A stretch of 64,000 nt of DNA from Saccostrea cucullata. Its lineage: Eukaryota. The notes under the pieces were generated by a model that saw only the letters and a program-made list of their open reading frames with translations, searched no databases and was not told where the DNA came from. This document shows positions 25,820 through 38,793 of the stretch, in pieces. The stretch spans positions 372,001 through 436,000 of the forward strand of contig NW_026929962.1 of assembly GCF_032062105.1 (NCBI RefSeq), in the 5' to 3' direction. Positions within the stretch are counted from its first letter, which is position 1. Every line of letters starts with the position of its first letter. Position numbers and translations under genes: made by a program.

Positions 25820-27290
25820 GGAGACTTATTGTTCATAGAACAATAAGAGGTCTTTCCACCTTCTTTGAATTTTAATTTCATGTAATATTTATCTCTTTAA
25901 AATTAAATTTCATCAAAAAGAAACCAGGAATGGCTTAAAAGAAAAAAAAATGAAAAAAGGTCAAAATTTAGAGGTGACCTTGACCTTTGACCTTCAAGGT
26001 ATATTCAAGGTCAAAGGTCAAAATCACATTGTAATTAACCCCATGTCTCTAGACGTATATTTTTAAAGTTATAAGGTTTAATGGTAAGCACAAAAGAATT
26101 AAAGGGCAGTAACTTATTCAAGGAGTCACCAGATCCTTTCGCACTTGAACATAAAAGTTGTGCCCAAAGTCAATTAAGACATAAGTGAAGGTTTCATGTC
26201 TTTACGATTTACTTTTTCGGAGCAATAGCAATTACAAGGTTTTTCGCAAAAGGGGCAATAACTTTTAATAGGGTCAATCTTAAGGGACAAGAATGAAATC
26301 TTTGAAATAGGTTTAAAAGTCGTATTAGTGTTGCAAAGACATTAAGTATATGTTAAAAGACAAAAAAGATATAAAAAGAGCTTAATTTCTCAATTTTTGA
26401 ATGACCTTGACCTTTGACCTTTACATAAATTTTATTAACAGAGGTCAATGAATCTTATGCAGTTAGTCCCATGTCTTTACGACTTCTCATTTTGAAAATT
26501 TTTAATTATTTGTACAATTCAAAGATTTTCAGGGGCAATAACTCATTGAAGGGGTCAACGAATATTTTGCAATAAAAATTCCAGAGTCTCCTCAAGGAGT
26601 TGAAAACATTAGCCAGTGATTGGTTTCATTTTCTCTGCGGTTTACGGTTTCGAAGTAGTAGCAATAACAAGGTTTTTCGCACAAAGGGCAATAACTTTTA
26701 ATAGGGTCAATTTTAAGGGATGGATTTAAATCTTTAAAATAGTTTTAAAAGTGCATAATAATGATGCTAAGACCTTTGTATATGTTAAAAAAAAAAAGAT
26801 ATAAAAAAAGCTTAATTTCTCAATTTATTAAACCTTGACCTTTGACCTTTACATAAATTTTAAGATCAAAGGTCAATGAATCTTATGCAGTTAGTCCCAT
26901 GTTGCTACGACTTCTCGTTTTGAAAATATTTAATTATTTTTAAAATTCAAAAACTTTCAGGGGCTATAACTCATTGAAGTATTAACAAGTAAGTTTAACA
27001 TAATTTATATTTTTTATTACTTTATTTCAAGACATTGGTGAAGGTTTGAAATTCTGACTATGGTTTACGGTTTCGGAGGAGTAGCGATAACAAGCATTTC
27101 TTGCGAAAGGGGCAATAACTTATGGAAAGCGGTCATAGTTCATACGCGTTTCAAATTTGTTCTAACTTTTAATGACCTTTACGATGAACAAAAATTTTTG
27201 CATATTTATTTTAAACAAAAAAAGCGGAAGAAAAATAAGAATAGAGAAGAAAAATAATAAACAATGAAAAGGCTAAAGGTCTTTCCACAG
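25820..27290. mobile_element. Repeat element with ~430-bp internal tandem units (HINE-like)
   Basis: Units recur near 26030, 26460 and 26890 (ggtcaatgaatcttatgcagttagtcccatg). aggtctttccac occurs at both ends. Confidence 0.6.
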
Positions 27291-28485
27291 AAAATGAAAA
27301 TACATAAATAATAAAACAATACAAAGAGAACAAAATTAATTGCTAAAAAATACATGGAGTTTAATATTTCTGAAACCTCCAAGCACTGTGGAAAGTTGTA
27401 CAATATTTAATATATATTATACTTTTATGTAAATATGTTGAATCTGATTGGTCGAGAAACATTTGTTAAAATACACTATTACCCACTGAATAATGAAGCC
27501 ACGCCCTCCAGCACAGCAACAGTCAACAGTGCTTGACGACGGGTGATATTCCAAAAAATAGCGACTGCGCAGAATTTATGCGCGCACTGTTCACTGTTAT
27601 ATGTATTTGTATAAAAAATTCAGTATAATATAATATTTACATTTCCAATGTCTTTGTCCTAGATAAAATTACAAATTGTACATGTACTTTATTTCCCCAT
27701 CAATGTATAATTGGCGCGGTTCCAAAAAAAAAAAAAAAAAAAAAAAAAAACACGTGCAGTGAACCAAACAGCTAGGCAGAAGCAGGGCTTGGAGCACGTG
27801 GATTGGCGGAATCAAAGCAAGTAAATATAAGGAATAACTGTCTTATTTTTCAATTTTAAGACGATGATCAATCGATTGGCATAATTTCGGCGTTTATGCA
27901 AATTATCACGCAACCCAATCGATTGATCACATCATGAAATCGAAAAATAAGACAGTTATTCCTTAAGTAAAGTACACATAAACACACCGTACACTGAGAT
28001 CTACACACTGTGTTCAAAAGCAAACTCAAGAACCTTCCAGAAAATGTGTACAAAGTAATCATATTCTAGTCAAGCTTGAAAACATAATTAGAGCGCAAAT
28101 TCTATTTAAAGAATGTTCCATGTGCAGCTTGAATTATTTATCGATATCAATTTAAAACCCAACAAACAATGGTTATTCGATCTTAAAGCATTTAGATACT
28201 CATAAATCTGTATATCTCATGTCAAATTCATATGTTTAAAAAGGTGCATGGATATTAATTTGTGTTTATACTTGTATTCTTTTATCAAAAGGACCTTTTT
28301 TGGAAGGTTAAATTTTTGATTGAGAAAGGTAAGATTTTTCGCTTCTTGAGCATATATATTTTCATACTTATACACATTGTATATATGACTCTTAAAAACG
28401 TAACTTCCAACAGCATGCGTAAAAAGGGACTAATTTCTTACTGGAGGATTAGCGAGTCTGCAATTTGTGCAGAGGTTAAATTCAC

Positions 28486-28649
28486 AGACACCTGACGTTA
28501 CTTTAAAATTTTTCTTTTAATAAAAAAAATATACACATACCCAGGCACCTGACGTTACTTATTTTTCTTTTAATAAAAAAAATATGCACATACCTAAGGG
28601 TATGTGTATATTTTTTATTAAAAGAAAAATAAGTAACGTCAGGTGCCTG
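28486..28649. repeat. Near-perfect ~108-bp hairpin (28542-28649) plus an extra tandem arm
   Basis: caggcacctgacgttactta...catacct / agggtatg...taagtaacgtcaggtgcctg; the arm is duplicated at 28486-28541. Confidence 0.85.
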
Positions 28650-28817
28650 TGGTTAAATTCAATTATTGGATAAATTGAACACAGTGTTATTAACAGAGTT
28701 TCATTAAAGTACAAAATTGTCTATCGGAGTTCTTTTGTGTTCCTTTATCTTCATTACTTGCTCTGAAAAAGATGATTTAACTTTGTTTTATGAATTAAAT
28801 GTTCTAATAGATAAGTG

Positions 28818-29575
28818 AACAAGAGGCCCAGGGGCCACAGCGCTCACCTGAGCACATTGGCTAGGAAAAAGCACATATCAGATCAGAACTGAAAGTTTAT
28901 TGAGGGGGGGGGGGAGGGGGGAGGGGTAAATTTTAACCCCCCTAGGGGTTCATGATTTGAACAAACTAGAATCTACACTACCTGAAGCTGATTCCATATT
29001 AATATCACTAATCATAGCTTTGAAGTACTTGAAAAAATGATTTTAAAAGGTTTCCCTATAAATCCCTATGTAAAACTTGGGTCGGCCATTTTGGCCCCAC
29101 CCTAGGCCCGGGGGTCATGATTTGAACAAACTTGAATCTACAGTACCTGAGGATGATTCCACATGAGTTTCATCTTTCCTGGCCCTGTGGTTCTTGAGAA
29201 GAAGATTTTTAAAGATTTTTCCTATATATTCCTATGTAAAACTTGGGTCGGCCATTTTGGCCCCACCCTAGGCCCGGGGGTCATGATTTGAACAAACTTG
29301 AATCTACACCACCTGAGGATGATTCCACTTGAGTTTCATCTTTTCTGGCCCTGTGGTTCTTGAGAAGAAGATTTTTAAAGATTTTTCCTATATATTCCTA
29401 TGTAAAACTTGGGTCGGCCATTTTGGCCCCACCCTAGGCCCGGGGGTCATGATTTGAACAATCTTGAATCTACACTACCTGAGGATGATTCCACATGAGT
29501 TTCATCTTTCCTGGCCCAGTGGTTCTTGAGAAGAAGATTTTTTTTAAAAATGCCATTAATTTTTCTCTAATTCAT

Positions 29576-29651
<76 letters not shown>

Positions 29652-29652
29652 G

Positions 29653-29683
<31 letters not shown>

Positions 29684-29755
29684 TGAGAAGAAGTCGAAAA
29701 TGTGAAAAGTTTACGGACACACAGACAGACGGACAGACGGACGCCGGACAAAATG

Positions 29756-29800
<45 letters not shown>
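28818..29800 (+). mobile_element. HINE-like element carrying 166-bp satellite units (oyster Cg170/HindIII-like)
   Basis: aacaagaggccc...ctcacctgag start, nearly identical 166-bp units (tcatgatttgaacaa near 29116, 29281 and 29447), then an acggac/acagac tract and the aaagctcacttgagccttcggctcaggtgagctaaaa end. Confidence 0.85.
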
Positions 29801-29801
<1 letters not shown>

Positions 29802-29920
29802 CGATTAAGGTAACCAAATACAATGATATATCATCTGCAATGTACGCTCTTAATCATTTTAACAGAAAAAAATGTTTACATGAAGATTTGGTTTAAATAC
29901 TTAAAGGCTTGAAGAAGAAG

Positions 29921-32900
29921 ATGGGAAAGTTGAAGTCCTTCCACATAGACTTGGACAATAAGCTTGGTGTATATACACCTGGTGAAACCGTCAGTGGAAA
30001 AACAATCCTTGAACTGGAAACAGAAATGGAAATGCGGGGTATTTTATAAAATTTTGTAACTTTTTTCAATCATTCATTTGATATAGGTGGTAATTTTGCA
30101 CTGCCTTCACAAATGATAACTAAATATAATGTGTATTTGATTTGAAGAATATTCAGTAATAATTGCCTTAGTTAAATTATTCCTGGAGATTAAGAACCGC
30201 TGTTTAGAAAGTGCTTGAAAAGGTCAATAACCGCATTGATTTGTACTACCTGGGCCAGCCAGCAGAAGAATACTAGTAAACAAAAAATAAAAAAAAAATC
30301 AATGAAGTTTTTGTATGTGTGTTGAAAATCGTCTTTTCTTGAGACAAATTAACAGATATGGTATTGTTCGTGAAATCTATAGTTGGAAACAATTCCATGA
30401 AAAGACATAGATTCAGACAGACAGACTGAGACATCACATTTCTTTATCGCAAACTCCCAAGAGAAATAAATGTTTTGGCAAAACAATTATCAAATCTAAC
30501 CTCACATTTATTATTAACATAGTACTACTAAAATGGACATTTTGTTCATACTTTTTACAAGAAATTAGATTAGAGTGTGACGGGAAAACCCACGTAGCTT
30601 GGTCGGAGCATATAGATGGTGGGGACGGCATGGATAAAACAAAGCACTACTCAGGAAACGAGGAACACTTTGATAAAACAATACCAGTGTTTGGAAAGGG
30701 TACTATAAAGTTTTGATTAATGACATTTTTTAAAACTAAATTTTTGTTATTTTTAACTATTACTATGCTACAATTTTAAAAATTCCGTTTTCAGATAAAA
30801 GAATGATGAGAAATTATGTTAAACATTGCATGTATTTTAAAGCATATTGTATTCCTTACTTACTAAGTCTTAGCAATACGATAACTATCTACATTGTACA
30901 TGTAGGTTTAGGAAGTGGTGATGAAAACCGTTTACCCGCGGGAAAACACGTGTTCCCCTTCTCATTTGTCCTACCTCCTGACTTACCTTCCTCCTTCGAG
31001 GGGGAACATGGATACGTCCGCTACAAAGTGGAAGGAATTATAGACAGACCCTATGCGTATGATGAACACACTGTCCAACCTTTCACTGTCTTATCGACAT
31101 TGGACTTGAATCTGGAACCAACAGCTGCGGTAACTACTAGTGTATCAAATCAGATCAATAAATCAGGGGTTTTAACTCTATAAAAAGGTACAACAAGATT
31201 AACACATTTATAGAAAGAAGCCACTGACATCCAGGTTAAACACATAATTAAAAAAAAATAAGCATAAAGCCACTAAAAATCATTCAAACACATAATAGAA
31301 AGAAGAGGCATAAAATTACAAACATTCATTATAACAAAAAGAATGAAACATATGGAGATAAAGAACAGTATTCAAGATCAAAAATCCATAAAACAATACA
31401 AAGGAGTATAGCAATCACGAACCTCCAAAACATCAGAGATGGGATCAGGTGCCATGGAGGAGTGAGTATCCCCTGCCGACCCGTCACCCGCCTTGTCCTC
31501 CTAATTGTCATGATCGGGGAATAACGGAAAAATCCGTCGTCAATTCAGTGTATGAATAATGGACTAACAATTAGTTTGAAAGACGTCAGTCAGCATTTGA
31601 CTCAATGATAAATTGTATTTGCTGACAAATTGGTTGAGTTCGAATTTTCCATCCAGCGAGTAGAGAAGTGATGCTGTTTACGGAGACTAAAGAAAATAAA
31701 GACAAGCATGTCATATATGGTTGTGTAGATAAATTATCGTAGAAGACATAAGTAGAAATAGTTTGTAAGTGTATTTCCTCTGAAAGTGTAAATGAGTGCG
31801 ATTCTGGGGGAGGGGGTACTCCGTGTAATTCATAGTCAGATACCTTGTCTTGTTATTATACTATAATGGGTTGAAAAATTATTTCCGAACCAAGTGCCTG
31901 TGTCATATCTCTGTGATCATCATTATTTTTTTTAATTTCTGACCTTTTGTAGAAATTAAAATCGTAATTGCATGAAATGTCTTTTTAAAAACTTTTTTGT
32001 ATATTATTTTTTTTTCTTTTCTGAAGAACGGTGGAGAAGCCCAGAATTCGGAAACCCTCTGCTGTTTGTGCTGTAAATCAGGCCCTATCATGGGAACATT
32101 AAAACTAAACCGAATCGGGTATGTTCCCGGGGAATCAATTTACTTCGAAGCTAGTGCTCAGAATAGTTCAACACGTGTGTGCAGCATGTTTGCCGATTTT
32201 CAAATGGTTTGTAATAATTAAATTGTATTACTTTTTTCTTAAAAATATTGTACAATACTTCAAGTAAAACTTCAGCTTACCATTGCTCCAGAATAAACCT
32301 AAACTGATTTCCATAATATCATTTCCAATAATTATTAATTTAAATCCTAACATTTAAAAATACTTTGCATTTCACTAAACTCGTCTTAAAAATATATACA
32401 TGTGATTGTAAGTCTTAATACAATCTGTTTGTCATCTGAAAGGTCACAACATATAACGCAGTAAGGCCAAAAAAGAGAATATATACTGAGACCAAGTTAA
32501 TCAACCGTATTCAACACGAAGATTTGACTCCGGGTCAGTCAGAGGTTTGGAGTGGAGAAAGATTTCCGATTCCTCCTCTGGCTCCTTCTCACCTGGCGGG
32601 CTGCTCTATCATCGACATTAAATACCATGTAAAGGTAAGAAAACACACAATTTATCACTGAGTCAAATGCTGACTGATGTTTTTCATAAAAATTGTTAGT
32701 CCCTTATATATACACTGAATTGACGACGGATTTTTTCTGTTGTTTCCCGATCATGACAAGGAGCATGCGGCCAGTGTGACCGATCGCAGGGGATGCTCAC
32801 TCCTCCATGGCACCTGGTCCCACCTCCGATTTTTTGGAGGTCTCATAATTTGTATTGTTCCATGGACTTTTGATTTTGAGTACTAGCTTTTCGTTATTTC

Positions 32901-33493
32901 AATATGTTTCATTTATAGAAAATATTTCGTGTGCTAGAACAATTAAAAGCGAATAGTAAATTTGGAAACAATGAATATGCAGTTGTGGATGGTGAATGAC
33001 TTTTTTCTCACGTTTATTGTAGCTGGTTATCAAACCACACGGACCATCGTCTCAGTTACATATCCCAGTTGAAATCATCATCGGATCCATTCCACTGCAA
33101 TCAGTGGTACAGCAGAACCAAAAATCAGAGTCGTCGATAATGCGTATGATCAATTTTCAATATCTCGAAAATGTTCACTATACTTCTCATGTTTTAGTTT
33201 TACAAGGTCCTTAAATTACTATGTACTTTAGATTAAGCAATAATTCAAATGATTCTTGATTTCATTTATACAATAAGTCTCTTTTGTGATATTAACACCC
33301 TCAAAAATTTAATATTTGTTCTGATATCTTACCCTTTCATTTTTAAATGAACCTTTCTGTCGTAGCTACTCCAATCTTCAGTGAATCCGTCTGGGGTCCA
33401 ACAAACATCAAGAAAGATGAGAAAAAAGAAGAGGAACACATCTACGGACAACTGGAATTCACTCCTTGCTATTCGTTTTACAAGTTTTCCTAG
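29921..33493 (+). CDS. Alpha-arrestin / ARRDC-like protein B, 366 aa
   Basis: Exons 29921-30038, 30562-30699, 30906-31129, 32027-32206, 32443-32634, 33023-33143 and 33366-33493 (1101 nt). Exon phases match gene A. Tail PTPIFSESVWG...FTPCYSFYKFS*. Confidence 0.92.
31370..31632 (-). mobile_element. 3'-terminal fragment of a Penelope-like element (ARRDC-B intron 3)
   Basis: Matches 37350-37590, the 3' end of the Penelope-like RT copy. Confidence 0.75.
32646..32882 (+). mobile_element. 3'-terminal fragment of the same Penelope-like element in opposite orientation (ARRDC-B intron 5)
   Basis: Reverse-complement match to 31370-31632. Confidence 0.75.
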
Positions 33494-34239
33494 CGTTGAG
33501 GAAATGTTTATATCTGTGTCTCTAGTAGTAGGTGTAAGAAAAAAAATGAATTTATTTGATTTTTCTTTTGTCAATGGCTAATTTTTTTTTCTGTTTTAAT
33601 CTTGCTATATGGAATAATATGTATATGAATCAATTTTACATTTCTATAAAAATTCCTAGTAACAAAATTTCACTTTAAACTTTATAATGTGGGTATGTAC
33701 ATGTATATGTGATGTTGAAATACATGTACTCACAAGCAGTGACTTTATTTGATTTACCTGTATGTTTTTTTTTATACATGTATATAAAATAAAAAAGTTC
33801 AAAATACCATTTGAAGATGTATATGTATATAACTTTGACCTATTTTTAAATTGATTATTAAAAATGTTATAATCCAATTTAACTAAAAATGTTCAGGGTG
33901 AAATCGTCTCCAGATTCAAGTCAAGTCAAACCATCGAGAAAGGCGATGCAAGAGAAAACTTGCTTTCTTTTGATATTTTTAAAGACAAATACCAGTTCTT
34001 TATTTGTTAAATATTAGAAGTACATGTACTCAATACATAAATTTAAAAACTGTAAAGGATCAGGAGACTCAGAAAAATTCAAGAACGTTACTTAAAATAG
34101 GTCACTTCAACTCACCTATCCTCTTCGTGCCAGCCGGTACATACGGCCCCAATACACTGCCTTCACCTGTCTCTGTCTTTGGCTGCTGCTCCCGCTGACG
34201 CCCAGTTTTTCCATCCCAGCTGTAGCCTTTCTTGCTCCG

Positions 34240-35190
34240 TTGTCCTTCTCCAAGTTCATGGCCGATTCAATTCCACTTCCTGAGAGTTATCTCACTTGCT
34301 CTAGCTGTCTTTATTCTATGATGGAGTTCTTCATTAGACATTTTGCCATCTTACTCTCAGGATCTTTCTAAGGCATCTATTCTGGAAAGTGTCAATTTTC
34401 CTTTTCTCTCTCTCTCTCTCTCTCTGTTGTTTTCCATGTTTCACTTCCATACATTAGGACCGAAGAAGCAAGCTGTTAAATAATTTTACTTTTGATTGGA
34501 TGGAAAATTTTGATGAGCTCCAAATTTTTCTGAGCCTTCCAAATGGAGACTTAGCTTTTCCCAGTCTGTTGGTGATGTCGTCATCAGATCCTCCCTTGTT
34601 ATTACACCTCCAAGGTAAGTAAGTGTTTCTATATCCTCCAGGTCTTGCCCATCAATATCGAATGGTTCTTTTATGTCAGTGTTGAGTCTCATCACTTTGG
34701 TTTTCTCGATGTTTATTATGAGGCCAGCCTGCATAGCAATTTCATTAAGTCTCTGTGTGTTTTGCTGGATGTCCCGAAATTTTTAAAAGTCTAGATCTTC
34801 GAGTTTTATTGTGAAATTCCATCTTATTCCTGTTGGTTCTGTTTATGTAGTTCTTTTCATTACAAAGTCTATAACCAACGAAAATAGGAATCCAGACATT
34901 GTGCAACCCTGCCTCACTCCTGTTGTTACCCAGAACCAGTCCGTTTCTACTCCGTCTTCAAGGACTGGATATTGAAATGCTTCATATAGGAGTTTCACCA
35001 TTCTGACCAGTTTGTCTGGGATACCATAAAACTTTTTAATAGACCACAGGCTCTCTCTGTGAATGGAATCAAAGGCCTTTTCAAAGTCAAAATAATTTAC
35101 AAACAGTGTTGAGTTCCATTCGGTACATTGTTCTATGATATGACGGAGTGTAAATAGCTGTTCTGTTGTACTCCTCCCTCTTACATTAGG
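34240..35190 (-). mobile_element. Degenerate RTE-type LINE reverse transcriptase fragment
   Basis: GRSTTEQLFTLRHIIEQCTEWNSTLFVNYFDFEKAFDSIHRESLW...GVRQGCTMSGFLF and GLIINIEKTKVM...TYLGGVI, interrupted by frameshifts. Confidence 0.9.
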
Positions 35191-35699
35191 TGCTTTTGAT
35201 AAATATGTGAAAGCAATCTGACTAAAATCAGACCCTTTGATCCACCCACAAACCAGAAGATCGCTACACAAGGATCTAAAGAAATCCCAGTCAGGGTTAC
35301 CTGATGACCCTTCTAATAAAGATATTCATTAAAATTTTGACCAATCAGAGAGATTGTATTGAAGCGACATTCGGGAAATTGAATGTAGAAGTGAAATAAG
35401 CTGTTGAGAAGATCTTATTGTTTTGTGAAAATAAAGAGCAAGAACTTATTATACCGGTATTTCTGTACAGAAAAGATTATGGGCGTTCTTTTGGAAGGTT
35501 ACAGAAGCCTGCTCACGATTGTCCGTTCGTGTATCATCGGGCTACACTTCTGTAACTGAATTCCGAGATAATTCTCAATTCTTATAAGTGAACCATTGAT
35601 TGGATCTTGAGATGACTCTGAATGGTTTCTTCAGATAACCTTGTATAGCGATCTATGTGAGCGGATCAAAGGATCTGATTTTAATCAGATGGAACCAAA

Positions 35700-36200
35700 A
35701 TTTACTGGCAGGAAACTGTTAAAGAAGGGTAAAATTGGGACATCTAAGGTTTACGACTGTCTGTGAGGACCATTATTTGGCCAATTTTGCAAGGCACGGC
35801 TTCCAAAGGGCTCGTAAGCTTGTTACTGTGCTTCAGAGAACAACGGGTAGACGGATTTCTACTAAGACAGTTCAAAACAAATAAGACTTCATAAATGAAA
35901 TCGCAAGACTTGCCAACCAGTCGTACTAGAGTCTCGCAGAAATGGACTACCGTGGACAAAAAAAGAAACTTGCAATGATGGCGTTGGTGTTCCGTTCTCT
36001 TCTCAGACAAGTCTCGATTTTGTTTTGACTTCCATGATGACAAAAGACTTGTTTGGAAAGCAAAGGGGAAAAGATTTGCCGATTGTTTCATTTCTGATAA
36101 CGACAGATTGAATGGAGGTTCGGTGATGATATGGGCAGGCAAGAGTGTTTACTGATCTGCACATTACTGAAGGCTAGGAGGTCATGCAAAATACTAGAAT
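35700..36200 (+). mobile_element. Degenerate Tc1/mariner transposase remnant
   Basis: Hand translation gives GHLRFTTVCEDHYLANFAR (GRPRxTTxREDR-like) and WRWCSVLFSDKSRFCFDFHDDKRLVWKAKGKRFADCFISDNDRLNGGSVMIWAG (VLFSDESRF and GGSVMVWAG motifs). Not in the ORF track. Confidence 0.8.
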
Positions 36201-37349
36201 GTTTGACTCTTCTAAAAATAATCTTATTTTCACATGAGTACCAATTCCGCCCCCTTAACAGCAGACCTTTTCATATGGACAAGAATTTATTCAGCATCTT
36301 CCAAATTAGAAGAATAGAACACTGAAGTTTCTGGATTAAACTATAAGTATTTGTAAATGTGTCATATATCAGGTAATTCAGTGCATGTGTACGTTTGAAC
36401 TTCAAATAAAAAGCTTTTCGCATAAAATATAGAAAATAAAGAAATTTATTTAAAAATAGGTAAATAGGTTCATCTTACTTTTTTTATGTTCAGTCACTGT
36501 ACATATTTATATTGTTCTACAGGTTAGTACTTTTTCATTGATGAAATGCATGTTTATTGCAAATCATTGTTTAAGCACCTTTAAAATGACTTAATGGGGA
36601 AAAATAAATAAAGAAAAATCCTGAGACAGTTCACAAATGGAAACAGTTGGAAAGATAAGATCTCTATGAGATCTAAATTCAATATGAAATGTTCCCCTTC
36701 TATATGCCGCCCTTCATATTTTTTTTTTCTTCATCATTAAAACAATGTTCTCTTGATTATACAACGGTGATTAATTTTGATACCCTTTTAAGGTATGCAC
36801 GTTTGTTAGGATTTTGATGTATAATGAAGGTTTTTCCTGAACTTGGATATAATCAATACCAGGATGTGAATAAAGTGCAAAATATCAACATGAAAAGTTA
36901 TAATTATTGATCAATATGTTAAGGTAAAGCGGGTTTCTGGATAATGGCCATGGTTTCCATTTGTATCAGAGAAAAAAGGTGACTTTTCCCAGAGAAACGT
37001 TTATCTCCGACTGGCGACTATATTGAGTTTTATTGTTATGTTTTTATTGTGTTAAATCAGGAAATTTTAGAGCGGGTATGTAAAAATTACAATATTCATG
37101 TGATTCCTTATCAAATAGAATTTATAAATGTTTACGTCAGTTTGATATCATTGTCTAAAAGTATATTCAGTAACCAACCACAGAGATTTGATCTCTCTTC
37201 CAACTTCGACTAGAAAATATATGAGCTAGAAATATATTTCATTCTGACTAAATCATCATTCTGTGTTGAAGGATTCTTAGCCTTCTTGCTGGTTGAGAAA
37301 TCATATCAATGAAAGATATTGAAATAATGAAAAGTATTCAATATCAGAC

Positions 37350-38375
37350 TCCATAAAACAATACAAAATAGGAGCAGAGCAAACACGGACCTCCAAAACA
37401 TCAGAGTTCGGATCAGGTGCCATTGAGGAGTGAGCATCCCTTGCCGACCGGTCATACCCGCCGTGTGCTCCTTGCTATGATCGGGAAATAACGGAAAAAT
37501 TCAGTGTTTAAATAATGGACTAATAATAAGTATGTTAAACGTAAGTCAGCATTTGACTCAATGATAAATTGTATTTGCTGACAATGTCATTGTATCGACC
37601 ATAGAACTTACGAAATGATGACTTTAAAGGAGACTGCTGATATTCTTGTTTCATCAACTTGTTTGTCAATAATTTACCTCGTTTTAGAAATTGTTCATAC
37701 GTAGAGAATGCTCTTGTGTATCGAATCAACTAAGAGATATAAACTCCCTATGCATGTGATGAAGGTATATTGCTGCATAAGTAAGGGAAGTTGACGATAG
37801 ACAAGTTAAAGCCGTCACGTTTATGATAGAGCTTGGTTGTTAGATTACCATTAACGTCTTTTTCAAGTAAGATATAGAGTATGAAACAGATGTGTCACAC
37901 TCTGTGGTATCTTTTATCTCAAGCTCACGAGGATATATCATATCGACATAGGAATGGAAATTACCATTGTTAATCGACAATACGTCGTCGATATATCTAA
38001 ATGTCGAGTTGAAGGCCACAGCAAGTGTTTCCTTCTTTTCACGCATAAGATTTTGCACATATTCTGCATCATATGAATACAAAAATATGTCTGCTAATAA
38101 CGGAGCGCAAATGTTACCCATGGAAATTCCAATAGATTGTTGGAAGACCTAGTCTCAAAAAACCACATAGATACAGTGTATTGTCAATAAGAAACTCAGG
38201 CATCTTTTTATGTCGACTTCAGAGTACTTGTGTGTGCAATCAGAATGAGGTTTTTTTTCAAAATAATTTTGCAAATGACCAATGACCAGGTAAGTAAATA
38301 AACGAGTTCCATTTTTATTGAAAAAGCAGCTGTCAATGATATCAAAAAGCCTGGACTATAATTTATCGTGGGGAA
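37350..38375 (-). mobile_element. Degenerate Penelope-like retroelement RT
   Basis: MGNICAPLLADIFLYSY...FRYIDDVLSINN...YPRELEIKDTT and IRYTRAFSTYEQFLKRGKLLTNKLMKQ. A small related fragment lies at ~9390-9490. Confidence 0.85.
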
Positions 38376-38793
38376 TGTTATATATACTCAAACGAGACTT
38401 ATCTGAACTTGCCCAGAACTTTTGAGTAACTTTGTGAGTAAACTGAGCTGTGATTTTCATATTTTGCATAAAGCTTCGAAATAGAATAGGAGACATCATT
38501 GTCTGACAAACACATATTGTTTATAAAAGGAATAATGAAGATCTTAATAATTTTTCCGGCGTCAAGCAATTCCAGAGTAACACAGATTGGAAGATTCTCA
38601 TAACAAAAGCAACAGGAATCTACATACAGGGGAAACAAGAATGACCTTAAAATATCATAAGGGCAAAGTAAAATCAAATTTTATTTTCCAGAACGTCTAC
38701 ATCTACCATAACTTATATATTTTTGATGTGTGTATTTGATCAATTTACTTTATTTATATAGAAAATGTTATTCAATCAATGCCGCTATATATG

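Noticed and set aside
35744-36142. 132-aa minus-strand ORF
   Set aside because: Antisense shadow of the plus-strand Tc1 transposase remnant.
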